Notes: a model not told the origin generated them from the letters alone. Shown: positions 10,053 to 21,915, numbered from the stretch's first letter. The stretch is DNA of 37,659 nucleotides from an uncultured Deinococcales bacterium (GCA_964247135.1 CAXTTL010000018.1:1-37659), one strand, 5' to 3'. Made by a program: numbers and translations.

Positions 10053-10773
10053 CCTCGAGACAAAGGATTTGATCGCACTTTATGCACTCGATGCTTTGGA
10101 GCTTGCAGACCGTGAACGTGTCGAAAAATTGCTCGAGTACGATCAAGACGCGCAGCAAGAGCTGAAAGCCAACCTCGAACTGAGCGAAATGCTGGCGTCC
10201 ACAGTGCCCTCGAAAACGGCACCCGATGGACTTGAATTCATCGTGCTGGCAAAAATCCGTCAGCTTCAAACGCCACCAAAATCCAAAGCGCCAACCTTGG
10301 TCATGCGCCCTGCAACTCGAGTCGTCATTCCCTGGTTTGCCCGTGCCAGTTTGGGTTTTGCGCTGGCGGCAAGTTTGGCGGCGCTTTGGTTTGGGCTGCA
10401 AAACCAAAAGCTGGCGGTTGATTTAAAAGCCTTACAAGATCAAAAAACCACGCTCTCGAGCATCGTTGCCGACAACCGCGCCAGGGTCGTGGCACTGCTT
10501 GCGCCAGACGGCAAAACCGTGGTCGGTCAGGCGATCATCACCCAAGATGGACGTGTCCTGATGGCGCACAACATGGGCAAGTTGCCGCCTGGCAAAACCT
10601 GGCAAGCCTGGTTTTTGCCCAAGAAGTCCAAAACCCCGACATCACTCGGTATTTTCCGTGGTCCGAGCGTCGCTGCGACCATCCCGAACGAGGTCACGGC
10701 GGTTGGCATCAGCGAAGAACCCGATGGTGGCAGTCCAAAACCGACCACCCCTCGAGCCGTGGCAAGAATGTAA
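10045..10773 (+). CDS. Anti-sigma factor, RskA family
   Basis: IALYALDALE N-terminal domain, one TM helix, C-terminal TWQAW and ISEEPDGGSPKPT motifs; overlaps the sigma gene stop. Confidence 0.88.
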   Translation: MLDLETKDLIALYALDALELADRERVEKLLEYDQDAQQELKANLELSEMLASTVPSKTAPDGLEFIVLAKIRQLQTPPKSKAPTLVMRPATRVVIPWFARASLGFALAASLAALWFGLQNQKLAVDLKALQDQKTTLSSIVADNRARVVALLAPDGKTVVGQAIITQDGRVLMAHNMGKLPPGKTWQAWFLPKKSKTPTSLGIFRGPSVAATIPNEVTAVGISEEPDGGSPKPTTPRAVARM

Positions 10774-10778
10774 AACAA

Positions 10779-10811
10779 AAATCTCGAGACCAAAAATCAG
10801 TCTCGAGATTT
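10779..10811. terminator. Hairpin between convergent rskA and carD (probable bidirectional terminator)
   Basis: AAATCTCGAGAC-loop-GTCTCGAGATTT. Confidence 0.6.
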
Positions 10812-10821
10812 GAGTGAAACT

Positions 10822-11322
10822 TTAGTTTGCTTTGCTGTCCCAAGCACCCTCGAGCATGGTGCGAATCTCTTTTTGGTCGGCTTGCAAGACCTCGGAGATT
10901 TCGTCGCCCAAGAGTTTGATGCTGCGGGCGTAGGCTTGACGGTCGAGGTCGGGCAGACCGCGCTCGTCGTCCCAGCGGCGCAATTCGGCTGCCAGGTTGG
11001 CAATGCGGTACGGGTCGCCGGACGCCAGAATTTCGGTCACTTTGCGGTGACGGGCAGCCCATTGACGCGGCAATGAAACCTTGCCCGACTTCAGGCGACC
11101 CATGATTTCTGGCAGTTCGGACTCGGACAGCGCCGGGCGCAACCCGACGCTTTGCGGGGCGTTGACCGGCACAAAAGCCTTGCTGGTTCCGTTTGGAAAT
11201 TCGACCTGATAATAATCGTGGTCGTCGCCAGCCACTTTTTTGGTATGAATCCCGTGGACGACACCTACACCGTAAGGTGGGAGAACAACGCGGTCACCTG
11301 GGTTGTACTGTTCTTTCTTCAC
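10822..11322 (-). CDS. carD: CarD/CdnL RNA-polymerase-binding transcription factor
   Basis: PGDRVVLPPYGVGVV, LPRQWAARHRK, RGLPDLDRQA closely resemble Thermus CarD; GTG start 7 nt after GGAG. Confidence 0.92.
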   Translation of the reverse strand: MKKEQYNPGDRVVLPPYGVGVVHGIHTKKVAGDDHDYYQVEFPNGTSKAFVPVNAPQSVGLRPALSESELPEIMGRLKSGKVSLPRQWAARHRKVTEILASGDPYRIANLAAELRRWDDERGLPDLDRQAYARSIKLLGDEISEVLQADQKEIRTMLEGAWDSKAN

Positions 11323-11625
11323 GCTAAAGCTCCCTTCCGACATTCAGGTTTCGCCTGAACATTGAAAAAACACTGAAAGACGACACCGATAATCAATGCC
11401 GCACTGTTAAAAAAACCGATTTGTCTTGTGCTTGGCGCCTTGCGTCCCAGTTGGTTGAGGGTTAAACGCAGGCTCGTCGTCACAAGGGGGTACTGTAGCA
11501 GAAAAAGTCAGGGATTTCTAGGCTCAACTCACGATTGGTCAAGCTGATGTCAGGTGCAATGGTCAATCTGAGATCAAAACGAATCCCGGGGCATGTATAG
11601 TTATTCACGGAATCGACGACAAAAC

Positions 11626-12546
11626 ATGAACGAATTACACCCCAGTCCGAAATTCATTCCAAGAGGGCGTTTTGCGCCCTCACCAACTGGTGAAATGCAC
11701 CTGGGCAACGCCCGCACCGCCTTACTGGCATGGTTGCAAATCCGCGAATTGGGCGGTCGGTTCGTGCTCAGGCTCGAGAATTTGGACTTTGGACGCGTGC
11801 GACCTGGCGCAGATGATTTGATTTTACAAGACCTGGCGTGGTTGGGTTTGGACTGGGACGAGGGCTGGGACATCGGTGGAAAGTTCGGACCCTACCGCCA
11901 GACCGAACGCAATGAGCGCTACGCGGCGGCGGCGGCAAAACTCGAGACGTATCCGTGCACCTGCACCCGAACCGAAGTGCTTTTGAGCGCCTCGGCACGC
12001 CACAAAGAAACCGAAGCCCGTTACCCTGGCACGTGCTCGAACGGCGTGACACACCCGTCACGTCCGAGTGCCCTGCGCTGGCGCGTTCCCAAAAACACGG
12101 TTCGGTTCTGGGATTTAATCAAAGGCGAAGTTACCCAAAACATTAATGCCAGCGTGGGTGACATGGTCATTCGGCGCAACGACGGGGTTTGGGCGTATCA
12201 TCTGGTCTGTGCCTTGGACGACCTCGAGATGCAAATGACCAATGTGACGCGCGGCGAGGATTTGCTGACCAGTTCTGCCAGACAAATTTTGCTGATCGAT
12301 AAATTGGGCGGCATCGCACCACATTACGCACACGTTCCACTCATGCGGGATTATCGCGGTGAACGACTCGCCAAACGCGGCGGCGCACCCAGTCTCAAAG
12401 CCTTGCGCGACGGTGGCGCTCAGCCAAACGAGATCGTGCGTGACCTTGCCGCAAGTTTGGGTTGGAACGTTTCCAAACCCTGCCAGCCCAAAGATTTACT
12501 GGGGTTGTTCAACGGGTGGCTCGAGCGGTCAAATCATTTGGTCTGA
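11626..12546 (+). CDS. gluQ: tRNA glutamyl-Q(34) synthetase GluQRS
   Basis: RFAPSPTGEMHLGN, RGEDLL, RLAKRGG; about 306 aa, lacking the GluRS anticodon-binding domain. Confidence 0.88.
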   Translation: MNELHPSPKFIPRGRFAPSPTGEMHLGNARTALLAWLQIRELGGRFVLRLENLDFGRVRPGADDLILQDLAWLGLDWDEGWDIGGKFGPYRQTERNERYAAAAAKLETYPCTCTRTEVLLSASARHKETEARYPGTCSNGVTHPSRPSALRWRVPKNTVRFWDLIKGEVTQNINASVGDMVIRRNDGVWAYHLVCALDDLEMQMTNVTRGEDLLTSSARQILLIDKLGGIAPHYAHVPLMRDYRGERLAKRGGAPSLKALRDGGAQPNEIVRDLAASLGWNVSKPCQPKDLLGLFNGWLERSNHLV

Positions 12547-13016
12547 AGTTTGGCTTTGACATCCTCGGTCAAGTTTGTGGTGTCTGGATCGGCATAAATC
12601 ACCAGCCCGCTCGAGGCGGCAACCTCAGAGTTCATGACCACCGAAAACCCTTGGTCTTTGGCACTCTGGGCTATCGCTGGGTCAATCACCTGGGAAAAAC
12701 CCGAGTACGCCGCGTCAAGCTTGGCTTGGTATTCCTGAACTTTTTGCGTGTAATTACGTTGCAACAAATTTGCCTGAGCGCGGTCAGCCTCGCTGAGCGT
12801 TCCCGCCTGGGCTTGTTGGTTGTAGGTCCCAAGTTGGCTCTGAATGGGTTGAAGCTCAGTTGCGGCTGTTTGACGAACCTCGAGCACCGCCTTGCCTTCG
12901 GCGGTGGCTTCGAGCAATGCCCTGACCGAAACAAAACCAAGTTTGGTGCCAGACTCTTGGGCGATGGCACCAAAAGACAGGACCGCGACAGGCGCAAGCC
13001 AAAAAGAACGTTTCAC
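12534..13016 (-). CDS. skp: OmpH/Skp outer-membrane chaperone
   Basis: Signal peptide, KLGFVSV, Gln-rich coiled coil, YADPDTTNLTEDV C-terminus; TAGGAT-N6-GTG start. Confidence 0.8.
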   Translation of the reverse strand: MKRSFWLAPVAVLSFGAIAQESGTKLGFVSVRALLEATAEGKAVLEVRQTAATELQPIQSQLGTYNQQAQAGTLSEADRAQANLLQRNYTQKVQEYQAKLDAAYSGFSQVIDPAIAQSAKDQGFSVVMNSEVAASSGLVIYADPDTTNLTEDVKAKLQTK

Positions 13017-13084
13017 GGATTAATCCTAAAAAATTCGCATGAGACTCGAGTGATTGAGGTTTGATGGAACACCAAAGCTCGAGC

Positions 13085-13215
13085 CTCGAGAATCCTTTGG
13101 CGATGACGGTTTTGCGTTTTTGGTGGCGGGCAGTATTGCAATTGCTGGAGCGTTCTTGAGCCTCGGCATTCGGCGCAATCCACCGACCGCCATTATTCAA
13201 GTTGCTACAGATTAA
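13085..13215 (+). pseudogene. Orphan 3' end of a membrane protein gene (MFS-like last TM helix)
   Basis: RESFGDDGFAFLVAGSIAIAGAFLSLGIRRNPPTAIIQVATD*; the stop overlaps the convergent kinase stop; no full gene upstream. Confidence 0.45.
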
Positions 13216-14555
13216 CCTTCGTCCTCTTCCAAGGCGGGCAAGCTGACCGTAAACGTTGCGCCCTGACCAGGTTTGCTCGAGACCGCGATTTTGCCGTTGT
13301 GGGCGTGAACAATCTGGGCGACAATTGCCAGCCCAAGTCCAGCCCCGCCGCCAGGACCTTTGTAAAACTTCTCCCAGATTCGCGGCAGCACTTCGCTCGG
13401 GATGCCAGGACCATCATCACTCACGCTTAACTCGAGCATTTTTTGCTTCGCTTCAACCCGAATCAACACGCCCTCGCGGCGTCCTGCGGCTCGGGCGGCG
13501 TTCGAGACGAGGTTGCGGGTCACTTGGGTTAAACGGTCGGGATCACCGACCACCTCAAGGCGATCTTTGGGCAGCTCGAGTTTGACCCCAGGAAATTCGC
13601 TGGCGACATTGCGTGCCACGTCGGTCAGGTCCACCACGTGAGGCAAAATCTCGCGCACCACCTCGCCGCGCGAGAGTTGCAGCAAATCGGCAACCAAGCG
13701 CGTCATGCCGCCGGACACGCGCAGGGCATCCTCGAGCACTTTTTTTTGCTCGCCGCTCGAGTCTTTCAGCGCCCGTCGAATGTACCCCTCCAGCCCTGTT
13801 AACGGCGTCCTGAGTTCGTGGGCGGCTTCGGCGAGGAAGGTCCGCTGGGCGTCAAACGCCAATTTCAGACGTTCGACAAAACGGTTGATGGTTAAGGTGA
13901 GCGCCCCAAGTTCGTCGTGCGCCCCGTGGTACTCGAGCGGGCGCAAATTGGTTTCGTTTAAGGTTGTCGCCTCTCGAGCCACGCTGACCAGCGGACGCAA
14001 ACCCACTTGCGCCAAAATATAACCACCAATCAGCGCCAAAACCACCAGCACCAAGGTCACCAAAAACACCACCGTCTGAATTCTGGCTGCCAGGTCTTTG
14101 ATGTATTTGGCGTCTGCCGCCACGGCAAACACGCGTTTGACCGATTTGCTGACCAATTTCACGTCGATTGGGGCGAGCAAAACGCGGCGCGGGTTGGTTT
14201 CGTGATCCAAAATCAAATACTGCGGCTCACTCAGTTTCTCGAGGTTGGAGAGGTTGGAGAGTTTTAGCTCCGAACCGGACAAGTGCTTGCCGTTCAACTC
14301 GAGGAATTCGATTTTGACCCCGCCAAAGGTGATCGGATTGGCGACACCCAAGCGCTCCTTGCCGTACAATTCTTTAAATTTTTCCAAATCTTGCTCGAGC
14401 AGACTGTGCTGGTAATCCTCGAGGGTCGAATTGACGACCGCCAAGACCGCCGCACCCAGGACAAGCGCAAAAAATGCCAGCAACGCCGTGGTCAGCAGTG
14501 AGACGCGCCATTTCAGGCTGATGCCGGTTGGTTTTTTGGACTGCTCGAGGTTCAT
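13212..14555 (-). CDS. Sensor histidine kinase (HAMP-HisKA-HATPase)
   Basis: EAAHELRTPL, NLVSNAAR, DDGPGI, GAGLGLAIV; two TM helices; start at 14555 or 14576. Confidence 0.92.
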   Translation of the reverse strand: MNLEQSKKPTGISLKWRVSLLTTALLAFFALVLGAAVLAVVNSTLEDYQHSLLEQDLEKFKELYGKERLGVANPITFGGVKIEFLELNGKHLSGSELKLSNLSNLEKLSEPQYLILDHETNPRRVLLAPIDVKLVSKSVKRVFAVAADAKYIKDLAARIQTVVFLVTLVLVVLALIGGYILAQVGLRPLVSVAREATTLNETNLRPLEYHGAHDELGALTLTINRFVERLKLAFDAQRTFLAEAAHELRTPLTGLEGYIRRALKDSSGEQKKVLEDALRVSGGMTRLVADLLQLSRGEVVREILPHVVDLTDVARNVASEFPGVKLELPKDRLEVVGDPDRLTQVTRNLVSNAARAAGRREGVLIRVEAKQKMLELSVSDDGPGIPSEVLPRIWEKFYKGPGGGAGLGLAIVAQIVHAHNGKIAVSSKPGQGATFTVSLPALEEDEG

Positions 14556-14626
14556 GATTGAATTTAACCACTGCAAAATGAAGGACGAATCTTAAATTCG
14601 CCCTGATTGACGGCATCTGGCTTTAA

Positions 14627-15301
14627 CTACTGACCTTTTAAGGCGTAACCGATGCCGCGAACGGTTCGAATCACGCCGTAACCGTCCACGTCGCGCAGCT
14701 TGCTGCGAATGTTGGCCATGTGAACATCGACCACGTTGGAATTGGCGGGCAAATCCTCGCCCCAAACGCCGCGCTCGATCTCCTCGCGGGTGTAAACCCG
14801 TCCTGGTTGCCGCGCCAAAAATGCCAGCAGCTCGAACTCTTTGGGCGAGAAACGCACCTCTTTTTCGGCATAACGCACCAAGCGCTTCTCGGTATTGATC
14901 TCGAGTTGCCCCAGCACCACGCTTTCGCCGCCACGGTTGCGGCGCAGTTGCACCCGCACCCGAGCCAGCAATTCGGCGGGTTCAAAGGGTTTGGTCAGGT
15001 AATCGTCCGCCCCGCCCTCGAGCAAACTGACCTTACGGTCCAGCGCGTCCATGGCGGTCAAAATGATGATTGGAATGTCGGAGGTTTTGCGAATCCGACG
15101 CGCGATCTCTGCGCCGTCGAGGTCGGGCAAGCCCAAATCCAAGATCACGAGTTCGGGCGTGTGCTCGCGTGCCATCGTCAGACCGGTCACGCCGTCGCTG
15201 GCGTGCGAAACCCTGAAACCAGCCTCCTCGAGTTCAAAGCGGACCGCCTCTGCTACGTCTGCATCGTCTTCAACAATTAAAACATGTGGCGCATCAGCCA
15301 T
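14627..15301 (-). CDS. OmpR-family response regulator
   Basis: LIVEDD, ILDLGLPDLDG, GADDYLTKPF, RTVRGIGY; RBS GGAGG. Confidence 0.94.
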   Translation of the reverse strand: MADAPHVLIVEDDADVAEAVRFELEEAGFRVSHASDGVTGLTMAREHTPELVILDLGLPDLDGAEIARRIRKTSDIPIIILTAMDALDRKVSLLEGGADDYLTKPFEPAELLARVRVQLRRNRGGESVVLGQLEINTEKRLVRYAEKEVRFSPKEFELLAFLARQPGRVYTREEIERGVWGEDLPANSNVVDVHMANIRSKLRDVDGYGVIRTVRGIGYALKGQ

Positions 15302-15428
15302 GAATGCCTCCCAAGCATTGTGGTTCTGGCAGCTTTTTTGCTACTTTTTGCATTGTACCGCACTGAACGCCAAAAAATTCAATTTTGGGCAATCGCTTCA
15401 CAGAAGACCAACATTTTTAAAACTGATT

Positions 15429-15806
15429 TTACTTTTTCCACTCGAGCTTGACGCCGTAAGCCTCTTTCAAGGTTTGATTGAAAGAAACCTTGGTCGTGGT
15501 ATTGGCGTTGGTGAACTCGAGGTTGATGTCTGTACCATCTTTGCTGACCGTACCAGGAAAACTTTTGAGGTCAGACGTGTCTTTTGAAATCCAAACCGCA
15601 ACCTTGTCGAACGGCGTCAGTTTGCCGTGCAGAGCGCTCAGGGTCAGGACGCGCAACGCAACCGACCCTTTTGCCAGCTTTGATAGGGCGTCGCCACTGA
15701 CAATGATGACTTCCGTGCCGTCAGGCAAGCTGCCCACACCAGGAAGTGGTGGGAGCGCCGCCGCCAGGGCACTCGAAATGATCAGCAGTAATGACAGCAA
15801 CCTCAT
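15429..15806 (-). CDS. Hypothetical secreted protein
   Basis: Signal peptide MRLLSLLLIISSALAA; TACACT-N6-ATG leaderless start. Confidence 0.65.
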   Translation of the reverse strand: MRLLSLLLIISSALAAALPPLPGVGSLPDGTEVIIVSGDALSKLAKGSVALRVLTLSALHGKLTPFDKVAVWISKDTSDLKSFPGTVSKDGTDINLEFTNANTTTKVSFNQTLKEAYGVKLEWKK

Positions 15807-16047
15807 AACAGCAGTGTATCTGGAGTCTTTAAGCAGCACAGTAGGAGAATTCTAAACATTAGTTTAGGGAACAAATAGAGCTTATGACCAAAGTCCAAAC
15901 CCCAACCTTTGGGCACTTTACCTCGAATGCAAGAAAATCATGTCAGGCACTCGAGAATCACCAATCAGAAATAAATTCGTGTCGGTCAAACTCAAGGATT
16001 GATGAAGATTTTCACAAATAATAAAGAGTTTATGTGCCCTCGGACAA

Positions 16048-17082
16048 TCAGAAATCCCAATTCGAACTGCGCTCTCGGGCGCGGTCCGCACGCCTCGAGT
16101 CGCCCATCAGGTCAAACAAGCGTGCCAGTTCGTTCCAAACCGAATCGCTGTACGGTTCGTGTTGTGCGGCAAGATGTGCATACCAGGCTGCCTGCTGCAT
16201 GTTGTTTTGGCTTTCAAGAACCTTGCTGGCTTCGGTCAACAATCCCAAATGTGTGGCGTGCAAGGTGTCGCGTTGGTCCTCGCACCAGGCGGATTCAAAA
16301 CCCGCCATGTAACTTCCACGGTACAAGCCGGCGGCTTTGTCAAACAAGGACATATCTTTGGTGGCGTGCGCCCCCTTGGCGGCTGCCAGGTACTCTTGAA
16401 CGTCGTAGACAATTGCCAAATCGGGTGCGATGTAATAGCGCCGATTGGTGGATTGCACAATGTCCATTTCTAAAGTTTTGCGCAAACGGTGCAGGGTCGT
16501 GTGAAAAACGCTGGCGGCTTTGGATTCGTCCTTGTCTGGCCAGAGCGCCTCGGCTGCCTCCCAGGTGGTGACGCCGTTGGGATGCTCGAGCAAGAGAAAG
16601 AAAAATTCTGCGGCTTTTTTTGAACCCCAGACGACCTCTTGCCCCTTCCAGGACAAACTGGCTTCGCCCAAAGCGCGTGCCTCAATCGTGTCAATTCTGG
16701 CGGGACGCAATTCCTCGGAGCGACGAATCCGCACCTCGAGCGATTCGAGCAGTTCTTGGCTGGTGAAGGGTTTGGTCAGGTAATCGTCGGCGCCCTGGTT
16801 CATGCCCTCGCGCATGTCGCGGCGTTCAGCCAGTGCCGATAAGAAAATAAACGGCGTGAAATGAAAACGGTCTTTTTCACGCACCACGCGGCAAAATTCC
16901 AAGCCGTCCATGCCAGGCATGTTGATATCAGAAATAATCGCATCAGGCTCGAAGCTTTCCAGCGCCTCGAGCGCATCTTTGGCACGGGTGAAACTTCTGA
17001 CCTCATAACCTGCGCCGCTGAGGATGGCATCGATCAACCGACCAATTGACGGTTCATCATCGAGGACAAGCACTTGCGTCAT
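16048..17082 (-). CDS. Response regulator, REC plus wHTH plus BTAD (SARP-like)
   Basis: VLDDE/ISDINMP/GADDYLTKPF receiver domain; EALWP...FHTTLHRLRK wHTH; LYRGSYM...W BTAD/TPR region. Confidence 0.85.
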   Translation of the reverse strand: MTQVLVLDDEPSIGRLIDAILSGAGYEVRSFTRAKDALEALESFEPDAIISDINMPGMDGLEFCRVVREKDRFHFTPFIFLSALAERRDMREGMNQGADDYLTKPFTSQELLESLEVRIRRSEELRPARIDTIEARALGEASLSWKGQEVVWGSKKAAEFFFLLLEHPNGVTTWEAAEALWPDKDESKAASVFHTTLHRLRKTLEMDIVQSTNRRYYIAPDLAIVYDVQEYLAAAKGAHATKDMSLFDKAAGLYRGSYMAGFESAWCEDQRDTLHATHLGLLTEASKVLESQNNMQQAAWYAHLAAQHEPYSDSVWNELARLFDLMGDSRRADRARERSSNWDF

Positions 17083-17174
17083 GAATTCAGTTTAACCCGA
17101 AAATCTCAAAAACAATGAAAACAGCGCCCGTAACCGACAACGAAACAAGCAAACCCGAGCATAACCCAACAAGT

Positions 17175-18191
17175 TTAGGTTTTACGGGTCACAAAAGACC
17201 TGGCAGTCTCGAGGATTTCCAGCGCCGCCGCCTGAACGGGTAAATCTGCCAAGGCGTGCGCTAACAAATCCAAACCCCGGGTTTCAAAATCTGAGGCGAC
17301 CGATTGCGCAAAATCAATACTGCCGAGGGCACGCATCAACACCAAAATTTGTTTCACTTCCGCCGTGGTTTTTTGCAACCGTGGTTTCTCGAGAATGTGT
17401 ACAACTTCAGATTTTTCGGCTGGCGCCAAACGCTCGAGCATGTGCAACAGCATCAGCGTGCGCTTGCCCTCGAAGATATCGCCCGCAATTTCCTTGCCGT
17501 AACTGGCAAAATCGCCGTCGAGGTTGAGCACATCGTCTCTGATTTGAAACGCCACGCCCAAATCCAAACCCGCCAGTTCCAGCCGTTCGTCCGGCACACA
17601 ACCCGCCGCCAGCGCACCGAGTTTAAGCGGCGAAACCACCGTGTAACGCGCCGTTTTCAACCGCACCATCTCGAGGTAATCGCTTGGACTCACATCCCAA
17701 CGCGCCTGCGCGACCCAAGCCAAATCCATGTGCTGCCCCTCGGCGGTGCGGTGGATCATCTCGAGGAATTCCTCGAACGCGCCAGCGACCCCCGCCTGAT
17801 GCACGACTTGCCACATGTAAATGTGCAGCGCATCGCCGGCGTTGATGGCGAGCGCCGTCGGGTACAGACGGTGCAGTGCGGGTTTGCCGCGACGTTCATC
17901 TGAATCGTCCTCGATGTCATCGTGAATCAAAACCCAATTCTGGAACAACTCGAGCGCCGCCGCGAGCGCAAGCGCTTGCTCGAGTTTCGCGCCGTGCGCA
18001 ATGGCAGACGCGATCAGCAATTTGGAGCGAATCATTTTGCCTGGGCGCGACGGATACTCGCGCATCATGGCGTAGAGCTGCGCAATTTCGGGAATGGCAT
18101 GGGACTTGGGCAAAACGTCATCGATAAAACTGCCAATGGCGCTTGAAACTCGCTCCAAATCGATAATTGAGCTTGAAGTGGCGATGGTCAC
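17175..18191 (-). CDS. Polyprenyl (geranylgeranyl) diphosphate synthase
   Basis: GKMIR, LIHDDIEDDSDERRGKP (FARM), GQHMD, KTA, FQIRDDVLN (SARM); GTG start after TACAGT-N6. Confidence 0.9.
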   Translation of the reverse strand: MTIATSSSIIDLERVSSAIGSFIDDVLPKSHAIPEIAQLYAMMREYPSRPGKMIRSKLLIASAIAHGAKLEQALALAAALELFQNWVLIHDDIEDDSDERRGKPALHRLYPTALAINAGDALHIYMWQVVHQAGVAGAFEEFLEMIHRTAEGQHMDLAWVAQARWDVSPSDYLEMVRLKTARYTVVSPLKLGALAAGCVPDERLELAGLDLGVAFQIRDDVLNLDGDFASYGKEIAGDIFEGKRTLMLLHMLERLAPAEKSEVVHILEKPRLQKTTAEVKQILVLMRALGSIDFAQSVASDFETRGLDLLAHALADLPVQAAALEILETARSFVTRKT

Positions 18192-18242
18192 AAGCTTACT
18201 GTAAGCCGAGGCGCGAGGAAGATCAATCAACCTAGACTCCAA

Positions 18243-18809
18243 TCAGAGGTTTGGTTTTGCCAGAATCAAACCCGATTCGGTCACAAGATGGGTCATCGGA
18301 ATGTCAAAAGTATCTTTGGGCAACGGATGCTCGAGCAACAGCGCATCATGCGTCACGCCAATCAAGATCACATTGGGGCGCAACTTGGGCAGCAGGCGGT
18401 CGTAAAACCCAGCACCGTACCCCAGCCGCGTTCCAAAACGGTCAAACACCAAACCAGGCACGAGCACCACATCAACCAAACTTGGCTCGAGTTCGGGTTC
18501 AAAGACTTCAGGCTCGAGCATTCCGAATTTGTTGCGGGTTGTGGCGCTTAAAAATGGATGCAATGACAACCTGGAATTTGGGTTGACTCGGGTCGTCCAA
18601 AACTCGAGGTTCGGTAGGTTTTGCACGGGTGGCTCGAGGTTGATTTCACTTCCGAAGGCTTTGTAGGAAAGCACCACCCGAGCATCGGATTCGATCAAAA
18701 AGTGCTCGAGATGCCTGCAAATTTCACTGGAAACATCGGGCAAACCCGAGCGCAATTCTTTTGCCCAGGTTCGCCACTCGGCTTTGCTCGGGTTTGAATC
18801 TGGTGTCAA
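18243..18809 (-). CDS. 5-formyltetrahydrofolate cyclo-ligase
   Basis: VLVPGLVFDRFGTRLGYGAGFYDR, DIPMTHLVTE. Confidence 0.93.
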   Translation of the reverse strand: MTPDSNPSKAEWRTWAKELRSGLPDVSSEICRHLEHFLIESDARVVLSYKAFGSEINLEPPVQNLPNLEFWTTRVNPNSRLSLHPFLSATTRNKFGMLEPEVFEPELEPSLVDVVLVPGLVFDRFGTRLGYGAGFYDRLLPKLRPNVILIGVTHDALLLEHPLPKDTFDIPMTHLVTESGLILAKPNL

Positions 18810-19810
18810 CGAAACCGGTCCGTGTCGCGCAAATGCGCATTAAAATTGGTATTCGGTCTGAACTCGCCGTTGCGTCCGTGCAAAAAGTACAAATACTTCT
18901 GCCCACCCGCGTCGATGCGCTTTGCCGTCAGAATTGCCTCGAGCGCCGCGCTGCCAGGGTTGTTGATTGGGGTCGGCGGCAAACCCACGTGAAGGTAAGA
19001 ATTGTAGGGCGTGTCGGTTTTAAAATCGCCGTCGCGGCGGCTCAATTCGGGCAATCGCTTGTTCAAACCGTAAGCGATGATTGGGTCGGATTGCAACGCC
19101 ATACCAATCTCGAGGCGATTCAAGAAAACACCCGCAATCGTTGGCATTTCCGCATTGTTGCCCGCCTCGGCTTGCACCACGCTGGCAAGCGTCACCCATT
19201 CAAAAACACTGAGTTTCAAGGCTCTCAGTTTTGCCAACCTCGAGTCCGAAAGCTCTTGGTCAAAACGGTTCACCAGGGTCTTGGTGATGCTGGCGGGCGT
19301 GTCTTCTGGTTTAAACAAATAGGTGGCTGGAAACAAAAAACCTTCCAGACTTGGGGCGTTCTTGATTTCGGGCGCGAGGGATTTATTGGCGAATGCTTTG
19401 ACAAAATCTTCGGTCGAACCAAATTGCGTTTGACCAAACCGCGCGGCAATATCAACAAGGCGCAACCCCTCTGGAATCGCAACCCGCACCTCCCTGGGGC
19501 GACCTTTTAACGCCAGTTTTTTGGCAATCTCGAGGTTTGAGAGCGTTCCGTCAAGATCGTACAGACCCTCACGCACCACCACCTCTTGATTGGTGAGCTT
19601 CAACAAAGCCCGAAAGGCTTGCGAGGACCGAATCAAACCAGAATCCTCGAGTTTCTTGGCGACATCGGACAGGTTCATGCCTGGTTTGATCTCGAGTGTG
19701 ACCTTGCCGACGCCGGTGGGCGACACCAGTTTGGAGGCGTACAGCCAGCCGCCACCGAGCAGCAAGACCAGGGCGGCAACAACGACCAATAAAATGCGGA
19801 AGGGTTTCAC
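18806..19810 (-). CDS. mltG: Endolytic peptidoglycan transglycosylase MltG
   Basis: N-terminal TM anchor, IPEG, LEGFLFPATY, LASVVQAE, LQSDP, YNSY, GLPPTPINNPG. Confidence 0.93.
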   Translation of the reverse strand: MKPFRILLVVVAALVLLLGGGWLYASKLVSPTGVGKVTLEIKPGMNLSDVAKKLEDSGLIRSSQAFRALLKLTNQEVVVREGLYDLDGTLSNLEIAKKLALKGRPREVRVAIPEGLRLVDIAARFGQTQFGSTEDFVKAFANKSLAPEIKNAPSLEGFLFPATYLFKPEDTPASITKTLVNRFDQELSDSRLAKLRALKLSVFEWVTLASVVQAEAGNNAEMPTIAGVFLNRLEIGMALQSDPIIAYGLNKRLPELSRRDGDFKTDTPYNSYLHVGLPPTPINNPGSAALEAILTAKRIDAGGQKYLYFLHGRNGEFRPNTNFNAHLRDTDRFR

Positions 19811-19862
19811 GACGCGTCAGATTCTACAGTGAAACGATGAGGCTGTGCATGAAGCACGGATT

Positions 19863-21872
<2,010 letters not shown>

Positions 21873-21915
21873 CGGTTTTGGAATGCTCAAGCATGAAGAT
21901 CAAAACCCGAGCGCC

